From a virus, in IMG/VR virus record IMGVR_UViG_3300010366_000011, positions 29,038 through 93,037 of that record: a stretch of DNA of 64,000 nt. One strand, written 5' to 3'. A program made the position numbers and the translations under genes. The notes under the pieces were generated by a model that saw only the letters and a program-made list of their open reading frames with translations, did not search any database and was not told where the DNA came from. Positions 56,843 to 64,000 of the stretch are shown here, in pieces. Positions within the stretch are counted from its first letter, which is position 1; each line of letters starts with the position of its first letter.

Positions 56843-57229
56843 CCGCCAGCGGTTCGTCCGACAGCCGTAGCTTTTGACCCAGCGACGGGGATCTCGCGCC
56901 TGGCGCTCCGGGCCTTCCGGGTCCTGCGAGGGTTCGGTGCTGGCGCTTCCTCTGGCGCTTGCGCTGCTTGCTCGTCGGCACCCGCTTCCTCCTTCTCCAG
57001 CACAAGGTAGGCCATGTGGTCGGGTTCAAACCCCTGAACCCTGACGGGTCCCTTGTCGGTCTCTACAAAGATGGCGTAGCCGGCCCGGAGCATGTCGCTG
57101 ATGAGCTTCTTCGCTCTCTCCCGGTCTGCCCTCCCTGGCCCGACGGTGATCTTGAGGTCCCCCTTGCTGATCGAGAGAACCTCGATCAGAGCACCAGGCC
57201 AGATGTCGATGTGCGCTTCGGCTACTGCC
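56839..57229 (-). CDS. Hypothetical protein
   Basis: GGAGAGG SD before MAVAEAH; ends in AGG. Confidence 0.55.
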
Positions 57230-57872
57230 ATTGGTCCTCTCCTTTCAACGGGATATTGCCACCTCCATTGGCTTGGTACTGGCGGATCCCATAAGTAATG
57301 GCACGGAGACACCAGAGGAAATGGACTGTGTATGCTGAGAGGTCATACTCCCAAGCATCTATGAATTGGTACGACTTGCCGCCAGATGCCGTCCAGATAA
57401 ATGTGGCTAGGGCTTCGTACGAGCTATGGAGATTCAACGCCAACTCCGGCCGCAGGAGAGCGTTCCGGAGAGCCGCGAGCAGGTGGCCTTCCTCCGCTTC
57501 CGTCAGTTCAACGCTCCAGTCCGCAAGGTGACTCATGACCACCTCATTGAGCGCGGTCTCCGAGAACTCCTTGATTCCCAACGCTGACTGGCTAGCGAGT
57601 TTTTGAGCCCAGTAGTCAGGGTTGATCGGGCCTGTGCCGAAAAACTCGAACATATCGGTGAGACGGGAGAATGTGTAGGTGCCCATATCGCCGTGGATCG
57701 TCAGAGAACCAGGCCACGTCAGGATCTCGAACCAGTAGCTACCCGATTTTGGGGCACGGAAAAGTAGGTGTCGGTATAACCCGGCATCATGTAGTACCTG
57801 CATAGTGTGGTGCCTTGTATCCTCCTCGAAGCGGTCCTGCGTGGCAAACAGGGTATCGATTCTCGGGCTCAC
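57222..57872 (-). CDS. Conserved phage hypothetical protein
   Basis: GLYRHL...WFEILTWPGSLTIHGDMGTYTFSRLTDMFEFF...INPDYWAQKL; lower GC than its surroundings. Confidence 0.75.
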   Translation of the reverse strand: MSPRIDTLFATQDRFEEDTRHHTMQVLHDAGLYRHLLFRAPKSGSYWFEILTWPGSLTIHGDMGTYTFSRLTDMFEFFGTGPINPDYWAQKLASQSALGIKEFSETALNEVVMSHLADWSVELTEAEEGHLLAALRNALLRPELALNLHSSYEALATFIWTASGGKSYQFIDAWEYDLSAYTVHFLWCLRAITYGIRQYQANGGGNIPLKGEDQWQ

Positions 57873-58597
57873 TAATTACCTCCTCTAGTGATGATGGCTT
57901 CAGGCATTGGCAATCGCCAGGAGCACAGTGGCATGGCAGGGATGATCGAGACGGCACCAGCAGCGGCCTCATACTTTGGCGACGGAGTCACGTTACGGCT
58001 CCCCTGTAGCGTTGCTTTCCTCCTGAACCAAGGTTGTTCGTCTGGTACCGCCATCCCCTTGCCATACACGGTATCCGTAGGTCGGTGGGGCTCCTCACGG
58101 TAGCGCCGGCTTGCGACAATACGGAATCGTGATCAGATGCGCGGGGGGTGTTCGGCCGCCGGTTGACTGCGGTGGCTTGGGCCGTGCAGAACTGGCCATC
58201 TGCGGTCACCCAGCGGAGGATGTTCGGGTTGTTGTTGGCCTCTTCGACCACGACATCTCTGGCGCCGGGGTAGTTGGCGAGAATCTCCGCGCCCGCACCT
58301 ACGCTCGTATCCGCAGCGTGCGTGTACGACTGGGAGAAGGGGTTTCCGCAGGCTCCGAGTTCCACCGTTGCTGCGCACAGGACTACGGTCACAAGTCTCC
58401 TCATGGCAGTTCGACCTCCTCTTTGCCCATGTCCCCTCACCGCCCGGCTGCTTTCCAGAGCGCTTGGTACTCGGTCCACTCCACGATCACGGCGATGGGC
58501 TCCGCGGCGCCGATCACCCACGGCTCGCCGGTGTCGACAACGCGGTCGATGATAGATTCGATGTTGCTTGCGGTCACGTCGATGTCTCCATCCGGTG

Positions 58598-58849
58598 TCA
58601 CAGATCCTCCTCGTAGTCGGGTACCCGTCGGGACTCAACCCCGCTCGGTGTCAGGATGGCGTCGTGCTCGCCGAGCCAGGCCACGATGGTGCCCAGCAGG
58701 AAATCTGGGTCGTACGTGTCCACGAAGTGGCCCTGGCGCTCAAGCACCTTGCGGATATGGGCGCCGAGCATGGCGTTCGGTTCCCGGCGCTCTCGGTACG
58801 CCTGGGCGATGGCTGCAGCCTGCTGGGGGTTCCGCGGTTTCGGTGTCAA
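58598..58849 (-). CDS. Hypothetical protein
   Basis: TTGA coupling with the methylase stop. Confidence 0.45.
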   Translation of the reverse strand: MTPKPRNPQQAAAIAQAYRERREPNAMLGAHIRKVLERQGHFVDTYDPDFLLGTIVAWLGEHDAILTPSGVESRRVPDYEEDL

Positions 58850-59589
58850 AGCAGCACCTCCTGACCCAGTCGTGCCACCGCGATCTCGCAGTAGCGTTCG
58901 TCCTCTTCGCATCCGATCGCCTGAAACCCGAGATCCTTCGCCGCCCGCAGCGTGGTACCGATCCCCATGAACGGGTCGGCGATTGTCGCCCCCGGGGGGC
59001 ACTTCGCCACCAGGGCGCGCATGAGCGCCAGGGGCTTCTCGTTCGGGTGGTGCCGGTCCCGCTCGGCGGTGAAGTTGGGGCTCGGGGCGTTGTACCGCAG
59101 GACGCTGCTCCCACGGTGACCGGTGAACTCGCCGAGACCCTGGCCGTGGCCCATGACGTAGATCTCCTCGGTGTTCGGCCGCCAGGGCATCGAGAGGTCG
59201 CCCATCCCGACATGCTCGCCCTTCTCCCAGACCAGGATGTGCTGGGTGCCGGCCGGCCTGGGGGCCTTCCAGCTTCCGAAGACCAGGGCCGGCTTGCGGG
59301 CCTTAAGACTCCCGCCGCTAGCAGTGACCGCCGACAGGTTCCACTGGGCGAGAGCGACATCTCGAACGTAGGTGGAGCCGTCGCCGTTGATCTTGACCCC
59401 GCGGAACTTCGAGTCCACGTCCTGGGGGCGCCTCCCCCGACCTCCGCGGTAGCGATCTTTGTTGCTCGTGTAGTCGATCCCGTATGGCGGGTCGGTCACC
59501 AGGATCTGGGCCTCCAGCCACTCGGGGATCTCCAAGCAGTCGCCGTGGTAGATGACCACGCTGTCATCGCGGTAGTACGGCGTGGTCAT
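58846..59589 (-). CDS. DNA methyltransferase (N6/N4)
   Basis: YHGDCLE, VTDPPYG, HPNEKP, DPFMGIGTT. Confidence 0.9.
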   Translation of the reverse strand: MTTPYYRDDSVVIYHGDCLEIPEWLEAQILVTDPPYGIDYTSNKDRYRGGRGRRPQDVDSKFRGVKINGDGSTYVRDVALAQWNLSAVTASGGSLKARKPALVFGSWKAPRPAGTQHILVWEKGEHVGMGDLSMPWRPNTEEIYVMGHGQGLGEFTGHRGSSVLRYNAPSPNFTAERDRHHPNEKPLALMRALVAKCPPGATIADPFMGIGTTLRAAKDLGFQAIGCEEDERYCEIAVARLGQEVLL

Positions 59590-60047
59590 GTCGACGCTGA
59601 CCTCATCTGGTACCCTGCGGCGATGGCTTCGCTGACCTCGACCGGAGTGGCTCCTTCTTCGAGCGCCACCCGGCGGGCTCGGGCTCGCAGGCGCATAGCA
59701 ACGTGGGCCGCCGCGTTGGCTTTCACCACTTCCCGGGTGGCCTCTGTAATCGCCTCAAGGGCAACCCCGTGCTCGACCTCCGGCGTGGGTTCAGGGTGTG
59801 GGGTGTCACGCTCCGTTCCTTCGACCTGCTCGAACTCGACCATGACGCTCACGATGCGATTGTCGGCAAGCCGTACTTCGAACCTGCTTCCACGCGGGAA
59901 CTCCCGGAGGGGGGTGTAGTCGCCGAGTTGGCGGGCGGCTGCGTACACCTTCTTAGCGATCTTGTCGACCAGTGCCCGTTCCCGGCCGAAGATGCTTGTC
60001 ACCACGATTTCGTAGAAGTAGGCGCCGTCGTCCTCGGCCTCACCCAT
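59586..60047 (-). CDS. Hypothetical protein
   Basis: Coupled ORF. Confidence 0.55.
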   Translation of the reverse strand: MGEAEDDGAYFYEIVVTSIFGRERALVDKIAKKVYAAARQLGDYTPLREFPRGSRFEVRLADNRIVSVMVEFEQVEGTERDTPHPEPTPEVEHGVALEAITEATREVVKANAAAHVAMRLRARARRVALEEGATPVEVSEAIAAGYQMRSAST

Positions 60048-61131
60048 GACTACCTGCCCGTCGCTTGGCCTCGAGGAGGTCGTTCATCTCCTTCGTGAGT
60101 GACTGCGTTGCCGCGTCGGCCTGAGCTGCGGTCCACTGGTCGTAGCCCCAGGCGTCCAGGTTGTCGATCCCGGCCGCGCTTCCGATCTGCCGGAGCCCAT
60201 CCGCCTGGGTTGGGACCTTGTGGCCGGCGTGATGCGCGATGGCCTGCACGAGCGTGCGGTGAAGATCCCGCTGGGATTGGCTCATGGGTGCGGCCGGGTC
60301 GCCCACGGTCTCGACCTTCTCGGCGGACGCTGCCTGGCTTCCGCCGGGGCCCGGCTTCCAGTCGTCATCCTTGCTCGGTTCGATGTCGGCCCCGTCGCCA
60401 GCCCGGGGGTCGCACGTCGGGTGCCACGCCTTCTTGTTGGTCTTGTTGTAGACGATGCTCTCGCCCTTTTCGATTGGCTGCTTGCAGACCACGCAGGTGC
60501 TCGGGAACTTCGCCTTGATGATTGGGTACTCGCCCTGGCGCTGTCCCCCGCCATTGCTCACGGGAACCTCATCGCCACCGTTGCGCGCCCGGTAAGCGGG
60601 ATCCTCGACGTCCTGGGTGAAAATGCCTGATGTGCTGGTCGCGGCGCGGGTGGCGGCAACCTGGGCACGCTTGACCGCCATGGCGACGATCGTGTTCCAC
60701 GGCTCCTTCGGGACATCCTTCGTCCGGCCGCTGTCCTGGTAGGTGATCGTGTGTGCGTCCCGACCGGTCTCGTCATAGCCGCAGTAGCCGTCAGCCTCCG
60801 CGACCACCACATCGGGGGTGTCGAGGCGATGGACCGTGCAGCGGTAGGTGACGCCGTATTTCATTCCGGCCGGATCCAGGTCGGTGGAGACCACGTTGAT
60901 CCTGTAGCCCATGCGGGCCCACTTCAGCAGGACTTCAGCGCCGGCCTTGTAGAGGCTGGGCTTTTTCGTCCCCGGGATGATGCCGTAGTCGACGTTTTCC
61001 ACCAGGACCGATTTCTGGATCTCCCGGATAGCCTTCGCGTCGGCCTGCAGGGCGGCGGGGTCGAGGCGATCCAGGACGGTGGTGCCGTGCTCGGGCAGGA
61101 CTGCGAGGTCGCTGCCCGGATTGTCTGCCAT
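60040..61131 (-). CDS. Putative recombination/ssDNA-annealing protein
   Basis: DYGIIPGTKKPSLYKAGAE...NTIVAMAVKRA...SGIFTQDVED, plus a Zn ribbon; function inferred. Confidence 0.55.
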   Translation of the reverse strand: MADNPGSDLAVLPEHGTTVLDRLDPAALQADAKAIREIQKSVLVENVDYGIIPGTKKPSLYKAGAEVLLKWARMGYRINVVSTDLDPAGMKYGVTYRCTVHRLDTPDVVVAEADGYCGYDETGRDAHTITYQDSGRTKDVPKEPWNTIVAMAVKRAQVAATRAATSTSGIFTQDVEDPAYRARNGGDEVPVSNGGGQRQGEYPIIKAKFPSTCVVCKQPIEKGESIVYNKTNKKAWHPTCDPRAGDGADIEPSKDDDWKPGPGGSQAASAEKVETVGDPAAPMSQSQRDLHRTLVQAIAHHAGHKVPTQADGLRQIGSAAGIDNLDAWGYDQWTAAQADAATQSLTKEMNDLLEAKRRAGSHG

Positions 61132-61170
61132 GTGTTCCCCTTTCGTGTAGTGGTTTCGGGCTGTCGTGCG

Positions 61171-61674
61171 TTACTTCGTCTTGCGCCGGGCTCGGGCTTC
61201 GTCGGCCTCGCGGACCATCAGCTCGGCGAGGTAGTCCTCGGCCAGCTTGGCAATGTGGCCCCGGCTGATGCCGGTCAGAACCTCGAGCTGGCCGAGGCTC
61301 AGGTCATCGGGCGATCCGGGCTCGGCTTTGCGTGCCCGGGCCAGGAGCGGTGCCATGGCGGTGCGCGCCTTCTCCGCCTGGGCGAGCCCTTCTCGGCGCT
61401 GACGGGCAAGCTCGGCGAGCTGGGCCACGAGCGGGGTCTCACCGATCCGCTTCATACGCCAGACACCCTGGCTGTCGGTATCGACGTCAGCGCGAAGGCT
61501 GGGCTCGAACCGGGGATCTCTCCGCAGGTGGTGAAGTACTGCCTGTCGGCTCACCCCGTTCCGGTGAGCGATGGCGTCAATCCGCACCGTGGTCGATTGC
61601 TCCTCACCCTCGGCGGTCGTACTGTCGAAGAACTCGGCCAGCAGCTTCGCCGGGTCGAGCTTCGTGTTTGCCAT
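61171..61674 (-). CDS. Double-HTH DNA-binding protein
   Basis: IAHRNGVSRQAVLHHL and LSLGQLEVLTGISRGHIAKL. Confidence 0.6.
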   Translation of the reverse strand: MANTKLDPAKLLAEFFDSTTAEGEEQSTTVRIDAIAHRNGVSRQAVLHHLRRDPRFEPSLRADVDTDSQGVWRMKRIGETPLVAQLAELARQRREGLAQAEKARTAMAPLLARARKAEPGSPDDLSLGQLEVLTGISRGHIAKLAEDYLAELMVREADEARARRKTK

Positions 61675-61703
61675 GCTGGTTCCTCCGTTTCTTTTGGGGA
61701 GCT

Positions 61704-62186
61704 TTACCGGCAGTCATTCTCCTTCGCCCCGCACTGCCCGTCGCAGCCCTGGTTGCGGTGGCAGGAGCCGCAACGGACGGCACTGCGAGAGCCAGCATCT
61801 TCGGGGTAGACGTCCGCGACGCTGATACCAAGCGAGTCGAGCACTGCCCGGCCCCGAAGCGTGATAAAGGTCCGCTGCTGCATGTGAGCGTCGCGGTCCG
61901 CTCCTGCCACCATGGCCATGGTGATCTTGCCGCTGGCGACCTCCGCCCGGATCCGTTCCGCGGCGATGGCGAGGTCATGTGCGTTCAGCCCCAAGACTGC
62001 TGCCTCCGGCGTCGAGAAGGTCTCGCTGCCCCCGCAGCCATCATGGGTGCAACCGTAGACCCAGGCGCCGGTGATGCGCCTCGCGACCACGCCGATTTGC
62101 TTGCCGCTCGATCGATGGATCACTCGGAGCACCGCGGTGGTGGCGGTGCTCTCGAGGATGAAGCGGGATTCTGTGATGGCACTCAT
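61704..62186 (-). CDS. Hypothetical protein
   Basis: GGAGGAG SD; preceded by ACAAGGTAAA. Confidence 0.6.
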   Translation of the reverse strand: MSAITESRFILESTATTAVLRVIHRSSGKQIGVVARRITGAWVYGCTHDGCGGSETFSTPEAAVLGLNAHDLAIAAERIRAEVASGKITMAMVAGADRDAHMQQRTFITLRGRAVLDSLGISVADVYPEDAGSRSAVRCGSCHRNQGCDGQCGAKENDCR

Positions 62187-62207
62187 CTGGCATCTCCTCC
62201 GGTCAGG

Positions 62208-62231
62208 TTTACCTTGTAGGTCTATCGTACA
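62208..62231 (-). promoter_or_regulatory. TG-TACGAT -10 box followed by ACAAGGTAAA motif
   Basis: Same 6-nt spacing as the other three copies; no clear -35. Confidence 0.55.
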
Positions 62232-62235
62232 CCCG

Positions 62236-62691
62236 TCAACAGTCCAGGTGGGTATTCGCCTTGAGGCTCATCTCGGCGATTCCGTACTCCTCTCGGCCTT
62301 CCGCGAGGGCCAGTGCTCGCTGGAGGCCCCACTCGAACCATGTCCAGCCACTGAGCATCTCGCCAGAAGGCTGGAGCTTCCGGGCCTGTTCGATCTCCTG
62401 GCGCAATTTGGATTTGTAACTGGCATCCTGGTCGGGGACAATGCCGCCGGGATCGGCAACGTGGCCCTTTTTCACCATCCAGGCCATGAGATCCTGGGCA
62501 GCTTCGTTGTCGGTCGACCGCAACTCGGGCATGTCGTTGATGGGTACCTTGGGCGACCAGCTCCAGCCGCCGGGCTGCTCGATCACCATGCCGAGGTAGA
62601 TCCCGGCCGGAGTCTCGACTCGCCGGGCAGATCCTCCGTCGAAGGTGCGCTCGTCCAGGTCGGTGATGGTCAGGTCGTAGGTCGTGCTCAT
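62236..62691 (-). CDS. Hypothetical protein
   Basis: AGGAGG SD; ATGA coupling. Confidence 0.55.
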   Translation of the reverse strand: MSTTYDLTITDLDERTFDGGSARRVETPAGIYLGMVIEQPGGWSWSPKVPINDMPELRSTDNEAAQDLMAWMVKKGHVADPGGIVPDQDASYKSKLRQEIEQARKLQPSGEMLSGWTWFEWGLQRALALAEGREEYGIAEMSLKANTHLDC

Positions 62692-63107
62692 GCAGATCCC
62701 TCCTTCAATCGGGGGGTCGGGATGACCTCCCAAGGGCCTTCGGTCCTGGTGCAGTGCCGCCGGATGATGCGGTACGTGTAACCGGTTTTGCCGGCGTGTC
62801 GGCCGGTGCCCTCCGGGTGCGCGAGCGCGGTTGCGATGCGCCGGGCTCCATGCTCCGGGGTCTCAACGTGGGGACTGGGAGCGGAGCGCCACTCAGCTTC
62901 GCCGGGGGCTCGCTCCTGAATTTGGTACTCGTCCCAGGTGGTGGTCGACACGGTGTTCTCTTGCACGGCCTGAGCGTGAAGGAGGGCGGAGATAGCCTGC
63001 AAGGTCTCCAGCGGGCCCTCGAACACCCACGCGTCGATCCCCTGCCGATCAAGATCGCACAAGAGTTCTACCACCGAGGGGTCGTTCTGATCGGCGCGGT
63101 CCGTCAC
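62688..63107 (-). CDS. Hypothetical protein
   Basis: AGGAGG SD; GTGA coupling. Confidence 0.5.
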   Translation of the reverse strand: MTDRADQNDPSVVELLCDLDRQGIDAWVFEGPLETLQAISALLHAQAVQENTVSTTTWDEYQIQERAPGEAEWRSAPSPHVETPEHGARRIATALAHPEGTGRHAGKTGYTYRIIRRHCTRTEGPWEVIPTPRLKEGSA

Positions 63108-64000
63108 CGGGTACCTCCTTCCTGTTGGGAAACAGGCTGGCCGTTCCGGTCCACCTCGTACACCGGTCCGGCGCATCGGGGAGCCTTCACCTTGTCCGGG
63201 AACTGAGCGTTCTTGTGGACCACGATGTCGCTCAGCAATACCGGGCAGGCGACGTAACGCTGGTGCGGCCACCAGCCGGGAGCCGCCCAGCGGTCGGCAT
63301 GGAAGGTCGAGGGCGCGAAGTGCAGTCCCCCGCCACACTCCCGCTCGCCGCCGTCCCAGTCAGGAGCCTCCGGAGTGGTGCCAGGGACGTACGAGAAGCC
63401 GTGGGAACTGCGGAACTCGCGGTCCACCACCTTGTAGAGCGTTACCACCTCAGCGTCAGTGGAGACTCCGTAGAAGTCGCACCACTCGGCGGCAGTGGTG
63501 ATCGTCGGAAGCTGGATCTGGACGCCTCCGACCACCTTGGTCCGCAGACCGATCATGGTGACGGCGACGTACTTACCGGCCCGCACCGTGGCGGAGTCCC
63601 CTGCCCGCACCGTGGCGGAGCCCCCTGCCTCCACCGTGGCGGAGCCCCCTGCCTCCACCGTGGCGGAGCCCCCTGCCTCCACCGTGGCGGAGTCCCATGC
63701 CCGCACCGTGGCGGAGTCCCATGCCCGCACCGTGGCGGAGTCCCATGCCCGCACCGTGGCGGAGCCCCATGCCCGCACCGTGGCGGAGCCCCATGCCCGC
63801 ACCGTGGCGGAGTCCCATGCCCGCACCGTGGCGGAGTCCCATGCCCGCACCGTGGCGGAGTCCCCTGCCCGCACCGTGGCGGAGTCCCCTGCCTCCACCG
63901 TGGCGGAGCCCCATGCCTCCACCGTGGCGGAGTCCCATGCCCGCACCGTGGCGGAGTCCCCTGCCCGCACCGTGGCGGAGCCCCATGCCTCCACCGTGGC
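63104..64000 (-). CDS. Octapeptide-repeat (beta-solenoid) protein, 5' end outside the window
   Basis: (ATV[R/E]A[W/G][D/G]S)n followed by LYKVV...CGGGLHF...KVKA domain. Confidence 0.8.
   Translation of the reverse strand, partial: ATVEAWGSATVRAGDSATVRAWDSATVEAWGSATVEAGDSATVRAGDSATVRAWDSATVRAWDSATVRAWGSATVRAWGSATVRAWDSATVRAWDSATVRAWDSATVEAGGSATVEAGGSATVEAGGSATVRAGDSATVRAGKYVAVTMIGLRTKVVGGVQIQLPTITTAAEWCDFYGVSTDAEVVTLYKVVDREFRSSHGFSYVPGTTPEAPDWDGGERECGGGLHFAPSTFHADRWAAPGWWPHQRYVACPVLLSDIVVHKNAQFPDKVKAPRCAGPVYEVDRNGQPVSQQEGGTR
63579..64000. repeat. 24-bp coding tandem repeat, at least 17 copies
   Basis: Minus-strand unit GCCACGGTG(CGG/GAG)GCA(T/G)GGG(A/G)CTCC. Confidence 0.95.

Noticed and set aside
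63579-64000. CRISPR array or DGR template/variable repeats
   Set aside because: The units are contiguous in-frame 24-mers with no spacers; no cas or reverse transcriptase gene was recognised.

Overview
The whole window is part of a high-GC tailed bacteriophage genome with siphovirus-like organisation; a BldC-like gene suggests an actinobacterial host. Most genes run on the minus strand. From ~29 kb down to 1 lies the virion module: terminase small and large subunits, a portal fused to a MuF-like domain, protease/scaffold, major capsid, head-tail proteins, major tail, a tail chaperone with a -1 frameshift, tape measure and a partial minor tail gene. From ~29.7 to 64 kb lie regulatory, DNA-modification and replication genes: 4 DNA methyltransferase-type genes, DUF5131, ASCH, macrodomain, DUF2303, HNH, BldC-like, a replication initiator with internal iterons and a helicase-loader-like gene. 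Highlights: (1) a Ro60/TROVE (rsr) gene preceded by three tandem Y-RNA-like genes, one a YrlA-type permuted tRNA mimic, with two matching promoters and a nearby macrodomain gene; (2) an ORF-less group I intron interrupting the major capsid gene, with a free-standing endonuclease VII gene converging on the capsid 3' end, which suggests collaborative homing; (3) a recurring ACAAGGTAAA motif at a fixed position after promoter -10 boxes; (4) candidate structured ncRNAs. I recognised no integrase, DNA polymerase or lysin in the window. All family assignments come from motif recognition by eye, not database searches.
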